From: a virus
IMG/VR virus record: IMGVR_UViG_3300005466_000026
Span: 21,775 to 85,774 of that record
Length of the DNA stretch: 64,000 bases
Direction: 5' to 3' (one strand)
A program made the position numbers and the translations under genes. Below the pieces are notes generated by a model. That model was not told the DNA's origin and did not search any database. It worked only from the letters and a program-made list of their open reading frames with translations. This document shows positions 34,524 to 43,121 of this stretch, one piece after another; positions within the stretch are counted from its first letter, which is position 1; each line of letters begins with the position of its first letter.

Positions 34524-34616
34524 GAGATCCTCCTAAGTCCCCCAGTCTGCGCCAAGCCGGGGGCGAAGGCAAGAAGCCCTCTGGGCTTCGCTGCAGCCTT
34601 GGCGTAGGCTACCGGC

Positions 34617-36227
34617 ATGTTCAAGTCGAAGACAGAGCAGATGAGCCACCAGCGCGAGGCGCTGTCCGTTCGTCTAACCAAGCGACCCAAGCGTCCGTCC
34701 TCGGAGGACGTGATGGCTTGGCTCATGGACAAGGGAACCGGCAAGACGAAGGTGATCCTCGACGAGTGGCAGGATCGCGTCGGCAGAGACGACCTGGAGG
34801 TGCTGGTCGTGGTCGCGCCGAAGGGAGCCTATCGCAACTGGTTCGAGGACAAGAGCGACATCCAGCGAGCCGAGATCAAGGTACATCTGGACGACGCGCT
34901 GCTCAAGAAGATGAGCTGGGCAGCGTGGACCTCCGGCGCAGAGAGCAGACGAAAGAGGGAGTTCCTGCTGAAGCAGAGGGGACCTCGCGCATTCTTCATC
35001 AACATCGAGGCGTTCAGCGGCGGCAGCAAGAAGGCGAAGGGAAAGGCGGAGGTCTACGTCGAGACGCTTCTTCGGTCGGTCCCGAAGGAGAGAGCCATGC
35101 TGGCTGTGGACGAGTCCACCAAGATGAGGGGCGACACGAACAGAACTGCCGCCCTGCAGCGACTGAGAGAGTTCGCGGGAACGCGGCGCATAATGTCCGG
35201 CCTCGTCACCCCCAAGTCGCCGCTGGACTTGTTCAGGCAGTTCTCGTTTCTAGACTGGCGCATCCTCGGCATCGAGTCGCCGATAGAGTTCCGCAACCGA
35301 TACGCCGTCATCGAGAAGCAGTGCTTCGTGCCGAACGCGATGCTTCGCGGCAAGCTGGCTCGCGTGTATCGCGGCGCACCGACTGACGTGCAGCGCATGA
35401 CGCGCACCATGCTTCTGGACGAGCTGGAGAAGTATCGCGTCTACGTGCAGATGGTGCCGATCATCAAGAGCTACAAGAACCTTGACGAGCTGCACGCCAA
35501 GATCGCGCCGTACTCCTATCGCGTCCTGAAGGAGGAGTGTCTAGACCTGGAGCCGAAGGTGTTCATGACTCGAGACGTCGAGCTGACAGAGGAGCAGACG
35601 GAGCTCTACGAGTCCCTGCGCAAGACGGCCACCGCCGAGCTGGACGGAGAGTTTGTGGTGGCCAAGGCCGTCGTCTCTCGGATGGTGAGGATGCATCAGA
35701 TACTGTGCGGTCACGTGGGGGCTGAGACTGGGAGGGTGCTGCCCGTCAAGTCTAACAGGGTCAGCGAGCTGCTGGAGGTTCTGGAGGATCACCGAGGCAA
35801 GGCCATCATCTGGTCGTGCTGGAGACCAGAGATCGACAGCATCGTGCAGGCCATACGCAAGGAGTACGACGACGAGGACATCGTCGCGCAGTTTCACGGC
35901 GGGAACCCCAAGGAGCGAGTCGAGGAGGAGAAGCGGTTCTTGTCCGATCCCAGGTGCCGGTTCATGGTCAGCTCGCAGGCGACCGGGGGCTTCGGGAACA
36001 CCTGGACGGTTGCTGATCTGGTTGTCTACTCGTCGAACAGCTACGATCTGGAGCTTCGCGACCAGTCCGAGGATCGGGCGCATCGCAAGGGACAGACGAA
36101 GAGAGTGACCTACGTGGACCTCGTGGCTCGCGGCACCGTGGACGAGAAGATAATATCCTGCCTCCGCCGCAAGATAGATCTAGCGGCGCAGATCACAGGC
36201 GACAACTACAGGGAGTGGCTCGTGTGA
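34617..36227 (+). CDS. SNF2-family (superfamily 2) helicase
   Basis: MDKGTGKTK, VVVAPK, VDEST, MSG..TP, GGFGNTWT, RDQSEDRAHRKGQ. Confidence 0.9.
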   Translation: MFKSKTEQMSHQREALSVRLTKRPKRPSSEDVMAWLMDKGTGKTKVILDEWQDRVGRDDLEVLVVVAPKGAYRNWFEDKSDIQRAEIKVHLDDALLKKMSWAAWTSGAESRRKREFLLKQRGPRAFFINIEAFSGGSKKAKGKAEVYVETLLRSVPKERAMLAVDESTKMRGDTNRTAALQRLREFAGTRRIMSGLVTPKSPLDLFRQFSFLDWRILGIESPIEFRNRYAVIEKQCFVPNAMLRGKLARVYRGAPTDVQRMTRTMLLDELEKYRVYVQMVPIIKSYKNLDELHAKIAPYSYRVLKEECLDLEPKVFMTRDVELTEEQTELYESLRKTATAELDGEFVVAKAVVSRMVRMHQILCGHVGAETGRVLPVKSNRVSELLEVLEDHRGKAIIWSCWRPEIDSIVQAIRKEYDDEDIVAQFHGGNPKERVEEEKRFLSDPRCRFMVSSQATGGFGNTWTVADLVVYSSNSYDLELRDQSEDRAHRKGQTKRVTYVDLVARGTVDEKIISCLRRKIDLAAQITGDNYREWLV

Positions 36228-36424
36228 TGGTGACCAAGGAGAGATACGAGGGGGTCTGTCTCGACGGTCCACTGCAGGGCAAGATACTCGACTGCAAGTG
36301 GACGCGGTTCACCGTTAGCAAGCCGGTTGAGGAGAGTCCTAGATTTAGAACCTTCAGTAATCAGATAATTGGCGCGTATCAGTGGAACGATCTAACGCGC
36401 AAGTGGGAGTGGCAGCCACCGTGA
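36227..36424 (+). CDS. hypothetical protein
   Basis: CLDGPLQGK motif; coupled to the helicase. Confidence 0.55.
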   Translation: MVTKERYEGVCLDGPLQGKILDCKWTRFTVSKPVEESPRFRTFSNQIIGAYQWNDLTRKWEWQPP

Positions 36425-36523
36425 TCGCAGACAAAAAGAGACCCACCTAGCCCCGGGACAGGGACTGGTGGGTCGGACCGGCGAGCATCCAGACGGCCAC
36501 TGAGTTTTCCGAGCAGGGAGGCG

Positions 36524-36652
36524 TCACTCTAGGGGATAGCTCGGAGTATCCCTTTCTCGGTCGGCGCCGAACAGCGCGTCCGGGTTCCCAGCCAGCAGCG
36601 AAGCAAGAAACGCCACCAGCAGAGAGCCGACTATGACGAACTCGTAGATCAT
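36524..36652 (-). CDS. small membrane protein (42 aa)
   Basis: Translated by hand: MIYEFVIVGSLLVAFLASLLAGNPD...; ATGA overlap with the upstream gene. Confidence 0.45.
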   Translation of the reverse strand: MIYEFVIVGSLLVAFLASLLAGNPDALFGADRERDTPSYPLE

Positions 36653-37308
36653 GGCTGATAGTTCGCAGTGCTCTGCATGCTCTTGAACTTCTCTAGCGAC
36701 GCCACAAGTGGCGGAGGCCTATTATGTGTTCCGCGTACCGCCTCCACGTGACCGCAGTCAGGTCGGTCCCACTCGCATCCGCTGTAGAGACCAGCTTGTC
36801 TGATCCACTTGTCACCTCTGCCGTAGGCGAGCTCAGGAATTGTTTTATTCCATCCCGTCTGGATGTCGCAGGCGAGACCCTTGTAGTGGTTACTCCCCGA
36901 GACGTGTCCTCTGCTGGCGTAGCATCCGACGAGCTCTTTCGGGATCCGTACATGGTTCTGCTCCAGTATCTCGAAGAACCTGAGGAACTTGTGAGCATAG
37001 GCCGGATGCACCGTCAGCTTGAAGCCCTGCACGGTGACGACCTGTACCATGTTCCACGGCGGAGTCTTTCCGCGAGCGCGATTGCCGTTCGCGTCCACGC
37101 GATGCTTCCGCGCCTTCTTCCAGGCGTGTCTGTTCTTCTTGTACTTCTTGCGATACTGCTGCCTCTCTTCTCCGTACGAGAAGCCGGAGGCCAGTGTGCA
37201 TCTTCCGTTGTTGTCGCACGAAGTGCCGTGGTGCCTAGTCGCACCAGCCGACTGAGGAAGAACTAGAACCGCGATAGTCAGCAGCACCAGTAGAACGAGT
37301 CTCATCAC
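36649..37308 (-). CDS. signal-peptide-bearing peptidase M15-like cell-wall hydrolase
   Basis: Sec signal MRLVLLVLLTIAVLVLPQSAGA; Zn motif SNHYKGLACDI and DCGHVE. Confidence 0.8.
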   Translation of the reverse strand: MMRLVLLVLLTIAVLVLPQSAGATRHHGTSCDNNGRCTLASGFSYGEERQQYRKKYKKNRHAWKKARKHRVDANGNRARGKTPPWNMVQVVTVQGFKLTVHPAYAHKFLRFFEILEQNHVRIPKELVGCYASRGHVSGSNHYKGLACDIQTGWNKTIPELAYGRGDKWIRQAGLYSGCEWDRPDCGHVEAVRGTHNRPPPLVASLEKFKSMQSTANYQP

Positions 37309-37367
37309 TCTCTCCCATCGGGCACCATGCCCCGAATTCTAATCATGGCACGTAACGGAGGCGAAGC

Positions 37368-37817
37368 CTAAAAGAAAATGCGCATCCCCACTCCGAACGC
37401 CAGAGAAGTCCATATCATGACTACCCAGAGCACTCCGGCCCAGAACCCCTTGTACGGCGAGATGACGCGGATCCAGCAGGCGATGCCTACTATCATGATC
37501 ACCGTCAGGACTATGAGAACTTGCGAGTCCCACTCGTCCACCACGAGCATCCCCTTCACGCCGTGATTACGAGTCCATCTTGTGTACCACAGCACGAGAG
37601 TCCGAAGGAAGAACGCGCCTATCATCGTGGCCAGCGCGATCTCCGGCTTATTCGTGTGGTACATCTTGAGAACGGCCTTCCATCCTCCCCAGTGAGTGGC
37701 CAGTACTCTCCAGGAGTGATGCAGATGAACAACTATGAAGAAGAGCATCCACAGCAGCACCACAGAGAGAACACCGTTCAGGACCTCCACTACCTGGAAG
37801 GGAAATTCGTCGCTCAT
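37368..37817 (-). CDS. multi-pass membrane protein
   Basis: About four hydrophobic helices; in the lysis region. Confidence 0.65.
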   Translation of the reverse strand: MSDEFPFQVVEVLNGVLSVVLLWMLFFIVVHLHHSWRVLATHWGGWKAVLKMYHTNKPEIALATMIGAFFLRTLVLWYTRWTRNHGVKGMLVVDEWDSQVLIVLTVIMIVGIACWIRVISPYKGFWAGVLWVVMIWTSLAFGVGMRIFF

Positions 37818-37993
37818 CTTGACTTGCCCTCCTTGCGCTTCATTCTTCTTATCATCTTGGACAACTCGTCGACCTCTGTCTCGAGCTGGTCACCCCTCTC
37901 GGTGAGTCTGTCCTTGGCCGCATCCATCTGGACCTTGTCCAGAGGAGTAGGCTCGTCCCTGTGGAGCCCGATGAACTTCAGTATGGCTGTCAT
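37814..37993 (-). CDS. small coiled-coil protein
   Basis: MTAILKFIGLH...LETEVDELSKMI; start approximate. Confidence 0.5.
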   Translation of the reverse strand: MTAILKFIGLHRDEPTPLDKVQMDAAKDRLTERGDQLETEVDELSKMIRRMKRKEGKSR

Positions 37994-37995
37994 AT

Positions 37996-38337
37996 TCATC
38001 TTCGCCTTCTGCTCCCCGTCGTCAGCAGAGAGCTGAGCTGCTTGATGGCCTCCACCATCTTCTCGCGAGCACTCGACTGCTCGTTCATGGCTTCTACGAA
38101 GCTGATCGTCCTGGACATCAGCTCCTGCTGAGCCTTGTTTCTGTCGCGCCTCTCCCACAGCCAAGCGAGAACGGCGAACATCGCTGCGAAGGGCGACGCA
38201 GTCTGCGCCGCCCTCCACAGATCCTTGAAGGTCCCTCCGTCCTGCCCGGTCTCTCCCATGTAGGCGAAGAGACCAAGAGCACCGACGGCGAAGATGCTCT
38301 TCAGAAAGGCGAATAGTCTTTCCCAGTCCATCTTCAT
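37996..38337 (-). CDS. holin-like membrane protein
   Basis: Two hydrophobic segments then a charged coiled coil. Confidence 0.5.
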   Translation of the reverse strand: MKMDWERLFAFLKSIFAVGALGLFAYMGETGQDGGTFKDLWRAAQTASPFAAMFAVLAWLWERRDRNKAQQELMSRTISFVEAMNEQSSAREKMVEAIKQLSSLLTTGSRRRR

Positions 38338-38585
38338 CTCTGCGTGTTGTCCGGATAGTTAGAACCCGGATCAGGGCCGTCTGACATCACTGCTTCCAGC
38401 GTGGCGACGGCGTCGTCTAGAAGCCCGTCTCCGTTGACCTCCGGCCAGTGCTTCTTGATCACTGGAGCGTTGGCCTTCACGAAGTCGAGCACGACACTGC
38501 TCTTCCCGGCGCTGCCCTTAGAGAGCAGCGCCTGGATCTGAGCGTGTCGCCGATAGTAGAAGCCTACCAGCGGGAGCCAGTTCAT
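38334..38585 (-). CDS. hypothetical protein
   Basis: 83 aa, coupled. Confidence 0.55.
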   Translation of the reverse strand: MNWLPLVGFYYRRHAQIQALLSKGSAGKSSVVLDFVKANAPVIKKHWPEVNGDGLLDDAVATLEAVMSDGPDPGSNYPDNTQR

Positions 38586-38911
38586 CGGACGAAGTATCCC
38601 GTCACGACGAAGCTCTCACCAGCGACAGAGACTTTAGCCGTGACTGGTGCCGCCGACTTGAGCCGAGCCGATCTCTTGCGAGCCGACAGCGGGTTCTGCG
38701 TGACGACAGCCGAGCAGATCGCCTGAGCCACCGTGGCGGCAGGCACCGTGTACGGGTTCGGAAAGAAGTTGGCAACGACGACCGCGGTCGGAATGAATCC
38801 GCAGATCTGCTGCGTGATCCTCTGGATCTCAGAGACGTCCGGAGTACAGGACGTCAAGAACGCCGTCGGCAGCATCGCCGCCGCGACAAGTAAACTTCTA
38901 AGACTCTTCAT
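38582..38911 (-). CDS. lipoprotein (possible spanin component)
   Basis: Signal peptide with lipobox LTSC; GAGGAG RBS. Confidence 0.6.
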   Translation of the reverse strand: MKSLRSLLVAAAMLPTAFLTSCTPDVSEIQRITQQICGFIPTAVVVANFFPNPYTVPAATVAQAICSAVVTQNPLSARKRSARLKSAAPVTAKVSVAGESFVVTGYFVR

Positions 38912-38927
38912 GGCTTCTCCTCTCGGG

Positions 38928-39680
38928 TTAAGATCTAAGTGACGCTAGGTCTCTCTTCAGCGCATCAAGGTCGTAGCCCCGCGGACTGATCAGACGATTG
39001 TCCAGCCACTCCGCGCTGATGTAGGCTACGGCCTCGTCACAGTAGGTGCTGAAGAACGCTGGCGTCATGGCGTGAGTTCTACCCCAAGTGACGCACAGAA
39101 TATGTCCAGCACTGTTTCTTCCGACGACTGGAACGTAGTGTCCTCCGTCGACCCGTGATCCGGTGACTACGTCCCACGGCTGCTGATCATCGAACTGCTT
39201 CTCAGCAGAGACTGGAAAGCGAATTCCCACGCCAGCGGCGCCGAAGAGATACGTGGCCAGCATCAGCGTGTCCACGTCCCCCGGCTCTATCGCGGCGTAG
39301 GCGTCTATCTTATGACGAACTCCGAGAGCATCCAGAACACCGGTCTTCTGGCGATAGGACGCTGCCTCCTGCATGTCGGTTCCGTTGTCAGACAGCGGAT
39401 CCCGGGGGTCGAAGCCCGTGATGGCGGAGTAGTCGCTGAGAACAACTCTGTCGGTGAACTGAACCGGCCTGCCCCGGTCAGTCGACCACAGCATCGTCTC
39501 GTGCGCCGCACCGGCCAGCACGCAGTCTCCCCAGTCGGCGTTACCCAGAACACCCCAGTCGCCGACCCTTGAGAACCTGCCGAACACCCTGGGAGGCGTG
39601 GGCAGGGCTGCTCTGTCGAAGTACCGCGCGAAGCGGAACTTGATGGAGCCGTCTCTAGCTGGCTTCTTTCCTAGCTTCAT
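38928..39680 (-). CDS. papain-like (C1-related) cysteine peptidase
   Basis: GDCVLAG catalytic Cys, GGHYVPVVG His, VTWG. Confidence 0.7.
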   Translation of the reverse strand: MKLGKKPARDGSIKFRFARYFDRAALPTPPRVFGRFSRVGDWGVLGNADWGDCVLAGAAHETMLWSTDRGRPVQFTDRVVLSDYSAITGFDPRDPLSDNGTDMQEAASYRQKTGVLDALGVRHKIDAYAAIEPGDVDTLMLATYLFGAAGVGIRFPVSAEKQFDDQQPWDVVTGSRVDGGHYVPVVGRNSAGHILCVTWGRTHAMTPAFFSTYCDEAVAYISAEWLDNRLISPRGYDLDALKRDLASLRS

Positions 39681-39687
39681 GGCTAAC

Positions 39688-40254
39688 CTACACTATCGGA
39701 GGAGATGCTGAGGTGAGTACGTCCACGCGCTCCTTCGTGAGGAGACCCGCGGACACGAGATAGTCTAGATCTGCCCTAGTGGCCTTTCCGGCCTGCAGAG
39801 CGGCGAAGACCTCCTGCGACTTGGCGTTGCCGCTGTTGGAGCTGCTGCGAATAGCCTCCTTCTCGGCGTCGGTCATGAGACTCCACCACGACACGACGAC
39901 TGTCGGCGCGGCCGGAGCAGGCGGAGCAGGAGGCTGCGGATTGATGAGACGCTCCACGACCTTCTGCTGACCAGCGTCCGCCAGAGTCTTGGACAAGTTA
40001 GATCCGAAGAAGAACCCGAGAGCGATCAGCACCATGTTGACCAGCGCGGCCAGCACGGTCTTCACCACCTCGTTGATGGTCTGAACGTCCGCCGACCACG
40101 TCAGTCGAAGCGTCATGGAGATGACGCCGATAGCAAACGTTCCGATTAGTATGAGTGCGATTGCTCTCTGCACATCTGACATCCACCCTGACGGGTCGGA
40201 CGGAGGGTTCGTGGTTATCTTCGGCGTGGTGCCGTTCGTGTCTGTGTTAGTCAT
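39688..40254 (-). CDS. holin-like protein
   Basis: Two transmembrane helices ending ALGFFFGS; adjacent to the endolysin. Confidence 0.65.
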   Translation of the reverse strand: MTNTDTNGTTPKITTNPPSDPSGWMSDVQRAIALILIGTFAIGVISMTLRLTWSADVQTINEVVKTVLAALVNMVLIALGFFFGSNLSKTLADAGQQKVVERLINPQPPAPPAPAAPTVVVSWWSLMTDAEKEAIRSSSNSGNAKSQEVFAALQAGKATRADLDYLVSAGLLTKERVDVLTSASPPIV

Positions 40255-40261
40255 CGTGGCT

Positions 40262-41155
40262 TCATCCCTTCTTGGCTAGTGCCGCTACGAGTGCGGCCTC
40301 CGTCTTCGGTCCAGGTATTCCGTCGATGGCGTCCAGACCTGCCGCCCTCTGAAACTCCTTGATGGCTTCCCGAGTCATGCTCCCGATCCTGCCGTCCTCG
40401 TCCAGTGGTCCATATCCCAGCTTATTGAGAGACTTCTGCAGCCAGAACGCGTCGTGCACGTCCACCGGATCTGACGTCCCGCCGAGCTCTATCGACGACA
40501 CGTTGTTCTTGAGAACGCGGAGCCAGGACATCTGATCCTGATATCCGTTCGGAGTGCGCGTGGACCGGGGGTTGCCGAGGTTGATGCCGCGACCGACAGC
40601 GAGAGCGTCGTCGGCGTCTGCGTACTTGTTGAGGCCTAGATCCGTCCACTCCTGCAGCGCGGGCTTGAGAGCGTGCTCTGCCGAGATCACCAGATCCGGA
40701 TGGTTGTACAGATCCACGCCGATCTTCTTGCCGATCTCTCTGTAGTTGTATCCGCCGGTGGTCTGCAGTATTCCGCCGCCTCGGAACAGCCAGCCGTCGC
40801 CAGGACGCGTGTTGCCGAGCTCCTTGGCCTTCGCGGGGTTTCCCAGACCGTACACGCGCTCGAACAGCGCGGGACCGTTGCCCACGAGCTTCCTAGCCTC
40901 GGCCATAGTCACGTTAGCCGAGTGGTGGCCCACGCCGAATATCTCGAAGATGCGCTCGGCCGACCTGTAGTTGCCGCTCTCCCACTCGATGGTGAGATCT
41001 CCCGTCTCCTGAAACGCGCGAGCTGCGAAGTGACAGAAGCGCAGCTTCGTGGTGATGCCCGCCTTCTGAAACAGCGCGTCGCCTCTCTCGAAGGCGGCGA
41101 CGTAGTTGGGCTTCGCGTGCGGACAGAGCTTTCGTACGACGTCTACTGGTCTCAT
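40262..41155 (-). CDS. GH19 endolysin with C-terminal peptidoglycan-binding domain
   Basis: FQETG, ESGNY, LGNTRPGDGWLFRGGGILQTTGGYNY; LQKSLNKLGY..DG.IG..T..AIKEFQ...DGIPGPKT. Confidence 0.9.
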   Translation of the reverse strand: MRPVDVVRKLCPHAKPNYVAAFERGDALFQKAGITTKLRFCHFAARAFQETGDLTIEWESGNYRSAERIFEIFGVGHHSANVTMAEARKLVGNGPALFERVYGLGNPAKAKELGNTRPGDGWLFRGGGILQTTGGYNYREIGKKIGVDLYNHPDLVISAEHALKPALQEWTDLGLNKYADADDALAVGRGINLGNPRSTRTPNGYQDQMSWLRVLKNNVSSIELGGTSDPVDVHDAFWLQKSLNKLGYGPLDEDGRIGSMTREAIKEFQRAAGLDAIDGIPGPKTEAALVAALAKKG

Positions 41156-41160
41156 GAGTC

Positions 41161-41325
41161 CTACTCCTTGTCGCCCGACGCCAGCTTCTCGGCCAGCGCC
41201 TGGAGAGCCCACTCGATCTCGTCTGTCTTTCTTCGGAGATCGATCTTCAGTGTGTCGAAGTCGCCCGCGTCGACGGGCATACCGCGATGCCGAGTGATGC
41301 CTTCTAAGATCTCTTGATACGTCAT
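41161..41325 (-). CDS. hypothetical protein (54 aa)
   Basis: Translated by hand: MTYQEILEGITRHRG...; ATGA overlap. Confidence 0.5.
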   Translation of the reverse strand: MTYQEILEGITRHRGMPVDAGDFDTLKIDLRRKTDEIEWALQALAEKLASGDKE

Positions 41326-42299
41326 GACTTCGTCTTTCCGTAGAGGCAGGCTACCCCGCCAGTGTTGATGTTGCCGCTCTCGAACTGAAAGCGGATCGCC
41401 GTAATGGCGACAGCCGTGTTGTATCCTCCTGAGAAGAGCGTCGACGCGAACATGCTAGCTCCGCCGACTGCCGCACCGTAGACACACTGACCGTACATGC
41501 GAAAGAAGTTGGTAGCGCCGCTAGGATCAGCGAACTTGATTGTCGCGTCGAAGTCCTCGCCGCTGGCGTTACCGACGTCGAGTGTTCCAGACGAGCGCGT
41601 CATGTTCATCTGGCCGAGGTTCGTGTTGATGGCGGTCGCCTCTGTCGCGCTGGCCTGTGCGCGAACATAGGAACTGTAGCCCGCAGTCTGGTAGGTCGGA
41701 CCGCCACCCGTGCCGATGCGCAGCCAAGCCTCGACGTCGTCGGTGGCAGGCTGACATCCGGAGATTACTAGCTCGTAGGTGTCGTAGGTGCTGTCGAGAA
41801 CGACTTGTCCCACGCCGTCGGTCGGAGTCGCGCCGTGGACGAAGTCGATAGATCCCCGAGCCGCCGTGAGCTGCACTCGGCTGATGAGCTTGGATCCCAC
41901 GGCCACGACCGCCGCAGGAGTGTATCCGACTACGACGTACTTCGCTATCCCGCTGTCGTAGTGCAGCAGATAGTTCGCGTTGATGCGGAGAGCGCCAGCG
42001 GTGAGCGCGGTGCCCTCGGCGTCCACCACAGCCACCGCGCCGGACGCGTTGATGTTCAGAGTGACGGCTCCGGAGTTGGTGGCGGCTGGCTTCAGTATGA
42101 AGTTCATGTTGCCGTCCAGAGCGCCCGTCAGCGCCGGAGCAGCAGTCGCCGTGACAGTGTTCGTGCCAGAGACAGCCGTGAGAGTTATGGTCGCCCGATT
42201 CCAGAGACCAGTGATCTCCTCCAGAACCTGATCCATGTAGTCGTCGCCGTCGACGGCCCCGGGAGTCGTGCTGGACGGTGTGAGGCGATCAAGCGCCAT
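41322..42299 (-). CDS. tail fibre / receptor-binding-like virion protein
   Basis: Gly/Thr/Ala-rich beta sequence; YDTYELVISG and AITAIRF...GNI..G...LYG motifs. Confidence 0.7.
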   Translation of the reverse strand: MALDRLTPSSTTPGAVDGDDYMDQVLEEITGLWNRATITLTAVSGTNTVTATAAPALTGALDGNMNFILKPAATNSGAVTLNINASGAVAVVDAEGTALTAGALRINANYLLHYDSGIAKYVVVGYTPAAVVAVGSKLISRVQLTAARGSIDFVHGATPTDGVGQVVLDSTYDTYELVISGCQPATDDVEAWLRIGTGGGPTYQTAGYSSYVRAQASATEATAINTNLGQMNMTRSSGTLDVGNASGEDFDATIKFADPSGATNFFRMYGQCVYGAAVGGASMFASTLFSGGYNTAVAITAIRFQFESGNINTGGVACLYGKTKS

Positions 42300-42447
42300 C
42301 TGTGTTCCCCTTCTCGAATTTCGCAGCTAGCTGAACGGTGAGTTCTTCTATCTTCGTCGCGGCGATCTCGAGCTGCGACTGCAGCTCGCAGATCTGGATG
42401 GCCTGAGCTCCGATCAGTAGCTGTACGCGCTGCTCAGTGCTGGTCAT
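42289..42447 (-). CDS. small coiled-coil (fibre chaperone-like) protein
   Basis: MTSTEQRVQLLIGAQ...; coupled. Confidence 0.5.
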   Translation of the reverse strand: MTSTEQRVQLLIGAQAIQICELQSQLEIAATKIEELTVQLAAKFEKGNTDGA

Positions 42448-43118
42448 GAGTTGACGGCCTTGATGACCGCGAACTGAATGACGGGAGCCTCGGTCAAGTT
42501 GCCTCCAGTCATGTTTCTGATGTTGACGGTCGCCGAGCCTGCAGCCGCCTGAGCATTCATGAAGTACGCTCCGATCGTTCCGCCGGAGATGTGATTGAAT
42601 ATCAGCACGTCGGTGGCAGCTATCGACGTGTTCGTGAAGGTGAACGAGACGACTGTCTGAGCGTTGAGCGTCGCGCCGTTCAGCGTGATCGCGCCGCACA
42701 GCGCGTTGAAGGCGACCGTCGTAGACTTGCTCGACAGCTGCGTCACCGTGTTTCCTGCTCCCGTCGAGTAGCCGACGCCACCCGACGGACTCGCCGCCTT
42801 GAACGAGCCCCCGGTCACGGCGCACGCTGCTCCTAGAGTCAGCGTCGTCAGTCCGGTGAACGTGAGAGTGGCAGCAGAGTGCGTCGCTACGACGTTCCCG
42901 CTATTCCAGTCGATGACTGCACCGGAGGCCAGATAGAGATCCGACCACCTGAGAGGACCAGTAAGAGAGCCGAGCGCCATGCCGTCGTCCGTCGGTGGAT
43001 TGGCGAAGCTCGCTCTGGTGTACTTTCTGTCTGATCCAGCTCCGCCCGCTGCCAAGTGACCCGCGATGTAGTCACCAGCAGCCGGAGTAACGATAGCGAA
43101 GTCTGCGAACGTAGTCAT
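42444..43118 (-). CDS. tail fibre-like virion protein
   Basis: P.TDDG.ALGS...RWSDLYL motif; GVGYSTGAG.TVTQ.SSKSTTV. Confidence 0.7.
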   Translation of the reverse strand: MTTFADFAIVTPAAGDYIAGHLAAGGAGSDRKYTRASFANPPTDDGMALGSLTGPLRWSDLYLASGAVIDWNSGNVVATHSAATLTFTGLTTLTLGAACAVTGGSFKAASPSGGVGYSTGAGNTVTQLSSKSTTVAFNALCGAITLNGATLNAQTVVSFTFTNTSIAATDVLIFNHISGGTIGAYFMNAQAAAGSATVNIRNMTGGNLTEAPVIQFAVIKAVNS

Positions 43119-43121
43119 CTA

